From a virus: 64,000 bases of DNA. The position numbers and the translations under genes were made by a program. Of the stretch, positions 1-8,717 are shown in pieces (position 1 is the stretch's first letter; every line of letters starts with the position of its first letter). The stretch lies in IMG/VR virus record IMGVR_UViG_3300042905_004373, positions 1 through 64,000 of that record; one strand, given 5' to 3'. The notes beneath the pieces are model-generated. The model saw nothing but the letters and a program-made list of their open reading frames with translations. It was not told the origin of the DNA and did not search any database.

Positions 1-449
1 CAAGTTTCATCAAACGTCTGATTACTTCTGCCGTGAACCAATCGGTTGATGAATATCCTGCTCTGGAAGTGAACAGCAGTCTGGATAAGATTCAAGAAAC
101 TATCAAACAGAATCTGAATCTGTCTCTGGAGAAGAACAACCTTGCCGGTAAGATTGATATTGAATCCGTTGTGGTTGTGAAAGCAGACCTGCCTGACGCA
201 CTGGTTGCCTCTGTGAACCGTGTGGTTGCTGCCCAATCGGCAAATAAAGAGCAAGAGGTGAAAACTCGCACTGCTCAACTGAAAGCAGAAGAGAATAAGG
301 CACTTGCTTCTACTGTGACGACTCAATCTCTGGAGTATCAACGTAACGAAATCCTCAAAGCAGCATTTGAGAATGGTAGCATCCAAAAGATGGTGATTAT
401 CAACGGTGCTAAGATGGATTTCCTGCCTGGTGGTCTGACTGGTAAGTGA
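1..449 (+). CDS. SPFH/band-7 (flotillin/prohibitin-like) family protein, C-terminal part; gene begins upstream of window
   Basis: Reading frame open from nt 1 (no stop before track start 33); Ala/Gln/Lys-rich helical segment then ...KMVIINGAKMDFLPGG tail reminiscent of bacterial SPFH C-termini; stop at 449 immediately before a promoter cassette. Confidence 0.45.
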   Translation, partial: SFIKRLITSAVNQSVDEYPALEVNSSLDKIQETIKQNLNLSLEKNNLAGKIDIESVVVVKADLPDALVASVNRVVAAQSANKEQEVKTRTAQLKAEENKALASTVTTQSLEYQRNEILKAAFENGSIQKMVIINGAKMDFLPGGLTGK

Positions 450-450
450 T

Positions 451-508
451 GACACTTTGACAACTGGCACAGGGCATCCTTCGGGGTGCCCTTTCTTGCC
501 TTATAATA
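451..508 (+). promoter_or_regulatory. Class-A early cassette (PeSL-like): GACACtTTGAcAACTGGCACA box + GGGCAUCC-UUCG-GGGUGCCC hairpin + U-run + CCTTATAAT
   Basis: Stop codon of upstream gene embedded in box; hairpin with UUCG tetraloop followed by TTTCTT (intrinsic-terminator-like); TATAAT 33 nt before ATG 528; element recurs ~10 times. Confidence 0.55.
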
Positions 509-527
509 CTCTCATACGCAAAGAATA

Positions 528-896
528 ATGAAAAAACTTTTCCTTCTTTCCGCACTTCTGTTTGCTCCGATTCCCGTGATGGCACAACAAGTGAATAACT
601 TTGCAGTCTGCACTCAGAATCAAGAAGTCTATCGACCCGGTGGATATGATCGTTATGGTAATTATGTACCTGGCGGTGTAAGTGTTCAAACTTACAATGT
701 TCCTTGCAATGGTGCAAATCAGTACTATAGTAATGGTGGTAAGGCAACTAATCCAAACTGTAATCCTACAAGAACTGTATTGGGTGCCGTACTTGGTGGT
801 GCAATTGGTCGTGCTGCTGCCATGAATTATCCACGAAATTATGGTTGGGCAACTGCATTGGGTGCATCACTTGGAGGACTTACTTTTGCTTGCTGA
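528..896 (+). CDS. secreted/periplasmic small protein with glycine-zipper motif
   Basis: N-terminal signal peptide MKKLFLLSALLFAPIPVMAQQ; C-terminal GxxxG zipper VLGAVLGGAIGRAAA...ALGASLGGL; SD-spaced ATG after cassette. Confidence 0.7.
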   Translation: MKKLFLLSALLFAPIPVMAQQVNNFAVCTQNQEVYRPGGYDRYGNYVPGGVSVQTYNVPCNGANQYYSNGGKATNPNCNPTRTVLGAVLGGAIGRAAAMNYPRNYGWATALGASLGGLTFAC

Positions 897-1057
897 TGAA
901 TGAATTCACTTTTCGTCAAATTATGTTTCTTTTGCATGAAGATTCTTCGGATCAAGCATATGCTGCAATGGAATATTTTTTCTATGAATATGTGCCAGAT
1001 AATGTAGATCCCAATGTTACATTAATTGATTATCTTGATAATAGGATGTATGTATGA
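896..1057 (+). CDS. hypothetical small protein (53 aa)
   Basis: ATG overlaps upstream TGA (TGATGA); in frame with track ORF 845..1057. Confidence 0.4.
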   Translation: MNEFTFRQIMFLLHEDSSDQAYAAMEYFFYEYVPDNVDPNVTLIDYLDNRMYV

Positions 1058-1224
1058 CTAATCTTGAAATTCGGCAACAACTTGATTTACTAATGTATAC
1101 TATTAGAGAATTTTATGATTATAGTTCAGAGGAAGATTATGAAGAAGATGATGTTGAACTTTATCATGAATCCATAAAAGTTTATAAGCATCTAAGATCT
1201 TATTTTAAAGATGACAACAACTGA
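1054..1224 (+). CDS. hypothetical acidic small protein (56 aa)
   Basis: ATGTATGA overlap with previous stop; MTNLEIRQQLDLL...; not in track (<60 aa). Confidence 0.35.
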   Translation: MTNLEIRQQLDLLMYTIREFYDYSSEEDYEEDDVELYHESIKVYKHLRSYFKDDNN

Positions 1225-1251
1225 CAAACTCATTTTCATTTCTTCGTTCAT

Positions 1252-1749
1252 TTGGTTTTTGCACTGGGGTTCATGTATTACATTAAGACTTCTGGATACG
1301 GTTATTCTAAACGCCTCTGTGAGGACATTACCGTTTGGTTTCTGAATAAGTTTCTTCCACGACATAAAATTGAAGTGGAGATTCTGCATCGTGGACTGAA
1401 GCGTGAATTTGTCTACGGTTGGTGTGATTTTGAGGATGATTTTAGACGACCACGCAGTTTTCTGATTGAACTTCAGACTCATATGAATGAGGAGTTGTAT
1501 ATAAAAACTCTTTTTCATGAACTGGTTCATCTACGACAGTGGGTGATGGGTTCCCTGCAGTTCCGTCGTGGAAAAATGCTTTATTGTAAAGAACCAGTGG
1601 AATTTTATGCTTATGACGATCAACCACACGAAATTGAGGCACGGGAGCAAGAAGAAACGCTATATCTGGAGTATATTCTGGAGAAAAACCCTGTGCCACC
1701 TCTTGAACTGGCACAGCACTTCCCGAACCGCCTGCTGCAGGCAGTATAA
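1252..1749 (+). CDS. HExxH-motif protein (putative zinc metallopeptidase-like)
   Basis: LFHELVHLRQW contains HExxH; 165 aa; true start may lie upstream (alternative start codons). Confidence 0.55.
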   Translation: MVFALGFMYYIKTSGYGYSKRLCEDITVWFLNKFLPRHKIEVEILHRGLKREFVYGWCDFEDDFRRPRSFLIELQTHMNEELYIKTLFHELVHLRQWVMGSLQFRRGKMLYCKEPVEFYAYDDQPHEIEAREQEETLYLEYILEKNPVPPLELAQHFPNRLLQAV

Positions 1750-1776
1750 TTACAAGGTAATCAAGGGAACGAACCC

Positions 1777-1974
1777 ATGACTCTTCCATCCCACAACGCG
1801 ATCTCCTTCCGTTCTGAAGAGGAGCATCAGGCAGCACTCTACGATGCTTGCCTGCTGATTGTGAACACCTACAATCAGACTGATATGCTTGATGGTTATG
1901 ATGGTCTTGGTTTGACTTCATATGGTTTCATGAAGTTTGCCCGAAACATTATCAACAATTTTGAAGGCAACTGA
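1777..1974 (+). CDS. hypothetical protein
   Basis: Leader AAGGTAATCAAGGGAACGAACCCATG recurs at 13480; 65 aa. Confidence 0.5.
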   Translation: MTLPSHNAISFRSEEEHQAALYDACLLIVNTYNQTDMLDGYDGLGLTSYGFMKFARNIINNFEGN

Positions 1975-2223
1975 AATGATTCGAAGATTGAATATTAAAG
2001 AAATTCTTCTAGACCCAAAGAAGAAAAAAGAACTGATTGATCGTGTAGTAGAAACCCTAAGATTGCCTTGGATTAAATGACTTACATCGTTACAATAGAA
2101 ACTCTTAACGGAGAGTATTTTCAAGAGATTGTGGAAACCAATTCCGAATCATCTGTTCTCTGTGAGCGCATCTTTAATCAAACTCCAAATGTTCGTTCAG
2201 TTGAAGTAAATCCCACATAATTA

Positions 2224-2433
2224 ATGAATATGACAGAAACACAAGTAAATCTAAATGTGCATGAGATTGGTATTATCCTCTCTGCACTTCAAAATCTAGA
2301 GAATATTGATCAAATTCACATTGCCAGAGACTATGGGAGTGCGCCAGCACTCTATAACAAACTCTATTCTGTGATGGAGCGGATGGACAGTTCGCAAACT
2401 GGACTACGGTACGACCTGACCCCCTCCTTCTGA
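2224..2433 (+). CDS. hypothetical protein
   Basis: 69-aa ORF, compact spacing. Confidence 0.45.
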   Translation: MNMTETQVNLNVHEIGIILSALQNLENIDQIHIARDYGSAPALYNKLYSVMERMDSSQTGLRYDLTPSF

Positions 2434-2467
2434 CCTATAATACTCATATACACACAAGACACCGAAC

Positions 2468-2884
2468 ATGGGTTACTACACTTACTACGAACTGAGCATT
2501 GACAATTCTCAAGACAAAGGTCATGTTGAGAAAAAGAAACAATCCGAAATTGAAGAAATTCAACAATCAAATATCTCTGATGAGTTGAAGAAACGACTCA
2601 TCAAAGATGTTGAAAAGATGTATGAGACCAGCATTGCTACTCAAAATGATGTGGTTAATTTTCTAACTTTCAATCCATTTGGTGTTCAACAAAAATGGTA
2701 TGACCACACTGAGGATATGTGTAGGCTTTCTAAGGAATATCCGAATGTGCTGTTCATTCTTACTGGTAAGGGTGAAGAACCTGAGGATATGTGGGTCAAG
2801 TATTTTATGAATGGTAAAGTTCAAGTTGAAAATGCAGTCATCACTTATGGCAAGTTTGATCCGAAAAAACTGGTAGCAGTGTGA
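2468..2884 (+). CDS. hypothetical protein
   Basis: 138-aa ORF ending in GTGACACTCTGACAACTGGCAC cassette. Confidence 0.6.
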   Translation: MGYYTYYELSIDNSQDKGHVEKKKQSEIEEIQQSNISDELKKRLIKDVEKMYETSIATQNDVVNFLTFNPFGVQQKWYDHTEDMCRLSKEYPNVLFILTGKGEEPEDMWVKYFMNGKVQVENAVITYGKFDPKKLVAV

Positions 2885-2937
2885 CACTCTGACAACTGGC
2901 ACAGGGCACTCCACATCACCCTGGATGCCCTATAATA
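2883..2937 (+). promoter_or_regulatory. Class-A cassette (GACACTCTGACAACTGGCACA ... GGGCA..TGCCC hairpin ... CCTATAAT)
   Basis: Same architecture as 451..508. Confidence 0.5.
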
Positions 2938-2959
2938 CTTTCATACACACAGAGGACTG

Positions 2960-3103
2960 ATGAAACCAACTTACATCTTTCTTGCATTCATTGCCATTCT
3001 GATGTATAATGTAGTTCTGATCAAACGTGATCAAGAACTCTTCAAGGCATATGACACTAAATGTGCCGAAATCTCACATCCCCATTGCCATCTTTCCAAA
3101 TGA
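2960..3103 (+). CDS. small hydrophobic membrane protein (47 aa)
   Basis: MKPTYIFLAFIAILMYNVVLI... single TM; first ATG after cassette. Confidence 0.4.
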   Translation: MKPTYIFLAFIAILMYNVVLIKRDQELFKAYDTKCAEISHPHCHLSK

Positions 3104-3303
3104 ACGATTCTGATATTAACCAATTCATCAAGGCACTTAAGGATTTCATCAAACATGCCGAAGTGGAAAAACTGTACCATCAGAGTAAGATGGCATATCT
3201 GAACTCTAAGAAAACTGCTCAAAAAACAGTTCATGATGAGATTGAAAAAAAAGCGGCAGAACTGGAAGTGACGGTTGATTACTATCTTGCCGAATTCATG
3301 TGA
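3100..3303 (+). CDS. hypothetical protein (67 aa)
   Basis: ATGA overlap with previous stop; MNDSDINQFIKALKDF... Confidence 0.45.
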   Translation: MNDSDINQFIKALKDFIKHAEVEKLYHQSKMAYLNSKKTAQKTVHDEIEKKAAELEVTVDYYLAEFM

Positions 3304-3304
3304 T

Positions 3305-3475
3305 ATGAATGAGAAAAGCAAACTGATTCTGGCACTTCTACAGATTGATAATCTCACTTCTCTTCTGAAGGGAAATGAGTATCAATCTTTTCTGTATTCA
3401 CATCTCATTTCACTTCAAATTGAAGTTCAAAGACAATTGACAAATCTCACACATTCATCTACAATTAAGGAGTAA
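3305..3475 (+). CDS. hypothetical protein (56 aa)
   Basis: TGATATGAATG coupling; in frame with track ORF 3275..3475. Confidence 0.35.
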   Translation: MNEKSKLILALLQIDNLTSLLKGNEYQSFLYSHLISLQIEVQRQLTNLTHSSTIKE

Positions 3476-3488
3476 TTTACAAAAACAA

Positions 3489-3719
3489 ATGAAGTATCTT
3501 TATATCGTTGATTACTGGGTTCCGTTTCCAGCATCTGAAGGTGGTGGTCTGATCAATCTGATTGCTCAATCTGATACTGAGGCATTTGAACTTCTTGTTG
3601 CAGAAAAGCAATTTGATGATCGCTATACAGATCGGATTATGGATCGTGTAGTCAATGCACAAAAGTTCGCTCTTGTTGATGAATATGAATCTGGCATTCT
3701 GGAGGCATTTACCACATGA
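3489..3719 (+). CDS. hypothetical protein
   Basis: 76-aa ORF. Confidence 0.5.
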   Translation: MKYLYIVDYWVPFPASEGGGLINLIAQSDTEAFELLVAEKQFDDRYTDRIMDRVVNAQKFALVDEYESGILEAFTT

Positions 3720-3883
3720 CACAATTGTATCGTATTGAAGAATTGTTTACAAATGGTTGGGAGTTGATTGACGAGTCAGCAACCAAACTTACAAAGGAAC
3801 AATGTAATCAAAAACTTCAACATTATCTTACTCAGGGATATAATCCCAATTGTCTTCGTGCAGTATTAGATTTGGAAGAATGA
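3716..3883 (+). CDS. hypothetical protein (55 aa)
   Basis: ATGA overlap; MTQLYRIEELFTNGWELIDE... Confidence 0.35.
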   Translation: MTQLYRIEELFTNGWELIDESATKLTKEQCNQKLQHYLTQGYNPNCLRAVLDLEE

Positions 3884-4116
3884 GTTATGTTCCAAAAGTC
3901 AATGATTATGTGACATGGAAAAGAAATGTTGAAGGTTGGGTTTATTTCAAGGATTCTGACTACATTACTATTGAGGTTTTGGTAAAACCAAAAAATCAAA
4001 TTAATTATAAGGCATCGTCAATTCATGCAAATGATCGTCTTTTGGTTTTATGTTATCAGAAACAGTGGAATGAACTTAACTACTTGAAGTCAAGAACATC
4101 AATTTATGAAAAATAA
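3880..4116 (+). CDS. hypothetical protein (78 aa)
   Basis: ATGA-type overlap; MSYVPKVNDYVTWKRNVEGW... Confidence 0.45.
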   Translation: MSYVPKVNDYVTWKRNVEGWVYFKDSDYITIEVLVKPKNQINYKASSIHANDRLLVLCYQKQWNELNYLKSRTSIYEK

Positions 4117-4195
4117 AATATCATGAAAATATTTGTCGCTGGTGCTATCTTTGGTGTAATTCTGGCATTTGTATTGCACTGATAGACCACTTTTC

Positions 4196-4245
4196 AAACT
4201 GGCACAGTCTGATGGCATTTGCCTCATAAGATACCTTATAATACA
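4196..4245 (+). promoter_or_regulatory. Class-A cassette (AAACTGGCACAG ... CCTTATAAT)
   Basis: TGGCACA box and TATAAT upstream of ATG 4269 with AAGGAGG SD. Confidence 0.45.
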
Positions 4246-4268
4246 TTTGACAATAAGGAGGAATTCTC

Positions 4269-4538
4269 ATGCAAACCCCAATGATTGAAATTAATGAACA
4301 TAACTATTGTGATCAGAAACCAGTCACAATAGAGTTTTCATTTGAAGAACATAGTCTTTTCAATGATGTTCTGAATCATTTTCTGGACATTTATGATTTT
4401 GTTGGATATGGTGAGATCTATGATCTTTCCGATGATTCTGAAATCAAAAAGAAATATAACATGGTTATGAATATGAAAGAACGATCTCATCAACTCTGGG
4501 CACATCGTTTTGACAATCCACCATACAATAATGATTGA
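4269..4538 (+). CDS. hypothetical protein
   Basis: 89 aa; strong SD AAGGAGG. Confidence 0.6.
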   Translation: MQTPMIEINEHNYCDQKPVTIEFSFEEHSLFNDVLNHFLDIYDFVGYGEIYDLSDDSEIKKKYNMVMNMKERSHQLWAHRFDNPPYNND

Positions 4539-4565
4539 GGGTGAGATCTAAATACAAATAAAAAC

Positions 4566-4649
4566 ATGAAGACCTTCTCACAGTTCATGTCCGAAAGTGG
4601 TGGATCTCCATATCAACCATATAAACCAGTGCCACAACCAGAACCTTAA
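4566..4649 (+). CDS. 27-aa ORF with capsid-targeting-sequence-like N-terminus MKTFSQFMSE (possible remnant)
   Basis: Same MK(T/S)F.QF motif as 5189/6873/7694/8507/56902 genes. Confidence 0.3.
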   Translation: MKTFSQFMSESGGSPYQPYKPVPQPEP

Positions 4650-4654
4650 GTCTT

Positions 4655-5161
4655 ATGAACCTTAAAATTACTGCATACAAAACTGAATATGGCATTTGGG
4701 CATTCGATCATGAGCATCAAAATACAGTTGCCGAAGCACTCTGCAATGGAACTGAATTGGTTTTAGATGAGTATTTCCGAATTGGAATGAATCGTGATCC
4801 AAAACTTCAAGATGAGATTGAAGTTTATGTGAGTACTGAAGATTTTGATGATTCTGATACGGTTCTTTCATTTCAATCAACAAATGATCAAGGAACCACA
4901 TATCTTGATATGGTTCTCTTTGAAAAAGTATGGTTGTGCCCCTGGTTGCAATCTTATTTTGGATACAAACCAACCGAATTATATGTTAAACTGACACCAG
5001 TAAATCCTGGTCTCAAGAATTTTAATAAAAACTATGCGAATCCATTTGCCAAATATGTAAAAAAGAATGAGGATGAACTTGATAAAATGTTGGAAGGAAT
5101 TAGTGAAGAAGAATTGACTGATTTTATCAATTCAAGTTATAGTAATGATGGTAAGTTATAA
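4655..5161 (+). CDS. hypothetical protein
   Basis: 168 aa. Confidence 0.6.
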   Translation: MNLKITAYKTEYGIWAFDHEHQNTVAEALCNGTELVLDEYFRIGMNRDPKLQDEIEVYVSTEDFDDSDTVLSFQSTNDQGTTYLDMVLFEKVWLCPWLQSYFGYKPTELYVKLTPVNPGLKNFNKNYANPFAKYVKKNEDELDKMLEGISEEELTDFINSSYSNDGKL

Positions 5162-5188
5162 ATAACCCTAGAGGTCAAATCAAAATCA

Positions 5189-6217
5189 ATGAAGACTTTT
5201 AGAGAGTTTTTAGAAATATCAGAAAAATATTACGAACCAGATGAACCCTTACCATCAGGAAAGACTCCTTATGGTAAGGCGACTTCTTCGTATTATAGAC
5301 AAAAAGGTGAATTTAAGAGAGATCCAACTAGAACATCGGATCAAGCTTTTAGAATTGCAAGACAAGGTAGTAGAAGAAGAAATGAAGTCAGTCGAGGTGC
5401 TAACAATCCTGACTTTGATGCAAGACCTGATAAAACTGGTAAATATGACATAGATGCCGACGCAGGTTATAGTATGAGAGTGCGTGATACTAAGAATGAT
5501 CTTGAGATGAGAATTCGTCAAAAGGATCAGATTGCTCCATCTCAAGGTAATAAACCAGTTTATGATGTTGAGTGGTATAATCAGTCGGGAAAAAGAAGAC
5601 ATAATCCTGGTGAAGCAAGATCTGTTGCAAGAAATGTTGCAGATATGTGGAAGAATCAAGTTGCTCCACGTATTCCAAGTAACTCAATTTTAACAAACTT
5701 CCCCATCAGTAACGATACTAGTGAGCGTAATACAAGATCAAAATTATACTCTAAGATTGCTGGATTTGGCAAACCGGGAATGCAAGGAAGGCAATATGCC
5801 AATGTTGGTCGCAATCCATCACCAAGACAAGCGGCAAAGGGTGCTCAGCGCATTACACCACTTTCTGGAAATCTTGATCCAAAATGGGCAAGTAGGGATG
5901 AATTGGTTGATATGGACGCTAAAAGAATGCATTTACCTAGAGACAGTCGAATTAAATTGGATAAAGAATTTGGTAAACCAAGACAAATTGCACCAGCAAA
6001 ACCATCTAGACCTTCACAGACTAAAGCATTGAATGCATTAAAGTCAACTCCAAAAACCAAGGCACCATCTTTACCAAAACCTCCTACAGTAAAACCATCT
6101 GCAATTTCTAAAGTACCAAGAATTAAATTAAGAGGATCTGGAAAGGCAGCACTTGCTGGTGCAGCATTAACTGGTGCAGCTGCCTTAATTAACTCATTGC
6201 GATCCAAAAAAAAATAA
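5189..6217 (+). CDS. internal-protein-like highly basic protein with CTS-like N-terminus (MKTFREFLEISE)
   Basis: N-terminus matches T4 IP capsid-targeting sequence MKTYQEFIAE; I-S-E site fits gp21 protease L/I-x-E rule; extremely R/K/S/P-rich 342 aa. Confidence 0.7.
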   Translation: MKTFREFLEISEKYYEPDEPLPSGKTPYGKATSSYYRQKGEFKRDPTRTSDQAFRIARQGSRRRNEVSRGANNPDFDARPDKTGKYDIDADAGYSMRVRDTKNDLEMRIRQKDQIAPSQGNKPVYDVEWYNQSGKRRHNPGEARSVARNVADMWKNQVAPRIPSNSILTNFPISNDTSERNTRSKLYSKIAGFGKPGMQGRQYANVGRNPSPRQAAKGAQRITPLSGNLDPKWASRDELVDMDAKRMHLPRDSRIKLDKEFGKPRQIAPAKPSRPSQTKALNALKSTPKTKAPSLPKPPTVKPSAISKVPRIKLRGSGKAALAGAALTGAAALINSLRSKKK

Positions 6218-6250
6218 ATAAATAATATAAAGGCAAATTTAAGTAGACCT

Positions 6251-6868
6251 ATGAATAATCAAAATATCGCACATGATTTAAAAGAGTTATATTATACTCA
6301 AGTATATTCTGAAGGTGCATTTGGTAGTGCTTCTATGCCTGCTGCATCATCCGATGCTGCAAAAGGAGCTGCTGACAAACACAGAAAAGCAGCAGAAACG
6401 GCAACAAGTGCTAGTGATAGAAGGCGTCACAGAGATTCTGCAGCTCGTTATGAAGTAACTGCAAGACGCATGAGTATGACTGCAGATCACTATGAGTTTT
6501 TAACTGGTTATTTAATTGCAGAGAATTTTGCATCAGATTTAGATTCTGCTTATGCAATTATTGAAAATATGAGTGATGAATGGATGCAGTCAATCTTTGA
6601 GCAAAATTTAAATGAAGTTCGTGGACTTGGTAAGGTTCTATTCAGGGGTCTTTCAAATGCTCGTAATCGTGGTATGAGAGTAGATCCAGAAACTAAATCT
6701 TTCTATAAGGAAACACAATTAGATGATACGATTGAAACATTAAGGACTAGAATTCATCAGTCTAATCGAGGTGTGAAGGGTGCTCCTATTCCAGCAAATA
6801 ACCCAACTATTCGCAATTTAGAAGCAAGAAGAGATAAAATTAATCAAGTTAGAAATACTGCAAAATAA
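6251..6868 (+). CDS. hypothetical protein embedded in internal-protein array
   Basis: 205 aa, Ala/Arg-rich N-terminal half; no CTS motif. Confidence 0.55.
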   Translation: MNNQNIAHDLKELYYTQVYSEGAFGSASMPAASSDAAKGAADKHRKAAETATSASDRRRHRDSAARYEVTARRMSMTADHYEFLTGYLIAENFASDLDSAYAIIENMSDEWMQSIFEQNLNEVRGLGKVLFRGLSNARNRGMRVDPETKSFYKETQLDDTIETLRTRIHQSNRGVKGAPIPANNPTIRNLEARRDKINQVRNTAK

Positions 6869-6872
6869 TAAA

Positions 6873-7697
6873 GTGAAAACATTTCAAGAGTTTCTTGAGG
6901 AAAGTGCCCTTGCAAGATTGGCACTTCGGGGTATAAGATCTGCATCAAGAGTTGCAAGAACTGCTGATGGTGGAAGAAGAGTTACATCAGCAGCAAGAGC
7001 AACAAGAAATGTAAGATCAAGAGTAGTAGAACCAAAAGGAATGCCCGAAACAGGTACAACAAGATACTTTGATCGTAAATTAGGTAATAGCGATCTTGCA
7101 GCATTTAAAAAAGCAAATTTTAGAACAAGTCGATCTGACGCTAGAGATTATGACAGAACCAGACCACGGTCTTACAGTTATAAATCAACACCATCAGGAG
7201 AACCCTCTTTTTATACAACAATTGTTTCAAAATATCCGAATCAAGCGGCATATGCACAGAGACAATTGCCAGATAAAAAGTCTTATGGTTTCAATGCAAG
7301 AACACAACAAAGTGGATTTAAGGTAACTCCATCAAGAGAAAGAGCATTCTTTGCAAGTCAGTTAAGAAAACAACTGGGAGGAACAAGAACTCCTAAACAA
7401 GTTGCAGATATTGAAATTGGAACAAAATCAGATTATTATAGAAAAAATGATCCGACAGATCTGATCGGAAGAGGTAAAGAATTTGTTCAAACACTAAAAG
7501 ATGTTCCACAAAGACTTGCAACATCGAATGTGAAACCAGGTGATAAAGTCACTGCTCATCCAGCAGCAGTGATGCCAGGTGAAACAAATAAAGTAATGGG
7601 AAGAAAAAAAAGAGCAGATCTTTATAAGAGGATTGCAGGAAATAGGATGACAAAAATGAATCCTGTGACTCAGGCACTTGTAGGTACAATGCAATGA
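6873..7697 (+). CDS. internal-protein-like basic protein, paralog B (MKTFQEFLEES, GTG start)
   Basis: CTS-like N-terminus; shares 52-nt identical stretch and C-terminal similarity with 7694..8476. Confidence 0.7.
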   Translation: MKTFQEFLEESALARLALRGIRSASRVARTADGGRRVTSAARATRNVRSRVVEPKGMPETGTTRYFDRKLGNSDLAAFKKANFRTSRSDARDYDRTRPRSYSYKSTPSGEPSFYTTIVSKYPNQAAYAQRQLPDKKSYGFNARTQQSGFKVTPSRERAFFASQLRKQLGGTRTPKQVADIEIGTKSDYYRKNDPTDLIGRGKEFVQTLKDVPQRLATSNVKPGDKVTAHPAAVMPGETNKVMGRKKRADLYKRIAGNRMTKMNPVTQALVGTMQ

Positions 7698-8476
7698 AGA
7701 CATTTCAAGAGTTTAACGAAAGTGCTGCTATTGCAAGAGGTGCCTTAAAATTACTTAGATCAGCATCCAGAGCAGGTAAAGTCGCAAGAACCGCTGATGG
7801 TGGAAGAAGAGTTACATCAGCAGCAAGAGCAACAAGAAATGTAAAATCAAAAGCAGTTCCTCCTCGTGGTCCAGGTGAAAATACATGGGATAGACTAGAT
7901 GCTAGAAGAAGTATTTCAGATAAAGTAGTACTAAAAAAGGCAGGATTCAAGAGACGTGATCCTAACGAACAACCTAAAGAAACTGAAGCATGGGCATCAC
8001 CTCATCATTCCACTATGGTCCGCACTTATAAAAATCAAAGTGATTACGTTATAGATCAAGTACCACATAAAAATCTTGCATCTGGAAGAGCAACAAGAAA
8101 AGTAAGATCAACTGCATCTATAGTAAGACACGCAAAAGCATTAAGAAAGCAGTTAGGTGGTGATCGTACATCAAAACCAGTACATGATGTTGCAATTCTA
8201 AGTGATAGATCTTATGCTAAAAATGACCCAGAAGATTTGATCTCAAGAGGTAGAAGTTTCAGGAAAGAAGTTGGTGCCGTACCTAGTGCATTATGGAAAG
8301 CAGGTGCAAACCCAGGTGATAAAGTTACGTCAGAACCTTCAGGAATTATGAGTGGTGAAGACATAATAAAAGGAAAAGAAAAAAGAGACAAGATCTATAC
8401 GAAGGTATTGAAAGCAAAGATGAATCCAAAGACTGGTAAGACGATGGGTACATATAGAGATATGGATAATAACTAA
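7694..8476 (+). CDS. internal-protein-like basic protein, paralog C (MKTFQEFNES)
   Basis: ATGA overlap with paralog B; clear paralogy (ARTADGGRRVTSAARATRNV...; NDP.DLI.RG..F). Confidence 0.7.
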   Translation: MKTFQEFNESAAIARGALKLLRSASRAGKVARTADGGRRVTSAARATRNVKSKAVPPRGPGENTWDRLDARRSISDKVVLKKAGFKRRDPNEQPKETEAWASPHHSTMVRTYKNQSDYVIDQVPHKNLASGRATRKVRSTASIVRHAKALRKQLGGDRTSKPVHDVAILSDRSYAKNDPEDLISRGRSFRKEVGAVPSALWKAGANPGDKVTSEPSGIMSGEDIIKGKEKRDKIYTKVLKAKMNPKTGKTMGTYRDMDNN

Positions 8477-8506
8477 AACCTAAATGTTCTTTATTCCCTA
8501 AAATAA

Positions 8507-8632
8507 ATGAAAAACTTTCAGCAATTTCAAGAAAGTGCTGCTATTGCAAGAGGTGCCTTAAAATTACTTAGATCAGCATCCAGAGCAGGTAAAGTCGCAA
8601 GAACTGCTGATGGTGGAGATGTCAAGAAGTAA
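8507..8632 (+). pseudogene. truncated 41-aa copy of internal-protein paralog C (MKNFQQFQESAAIARGALKLLRSASRAGKVARTADGG...)
   Basis: ~100 nt near-identical to 7713..7810, then cut off by class-A cassette at 8641. Confidence 0.5.
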
Positions 8633-8640
8633 GTAGGACA

Positions 8641-8695
8641 CCTGAACAACTGGCACACAGGGCACTTCACAGGTGCTCTTTCTTGTCTTATAATA
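8641..8695 (+). promoter_or_regulatory. Class-A cassette (CCTGAACAACTGGCACACAGGGCAC ... TTTCTTGTCTTATAAT)
   Basis: Consensus copy. Confidence 0.5.
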
Positions 8696-8717
8696 CTCTC
8701 ATACGCAAAGGACTCAA

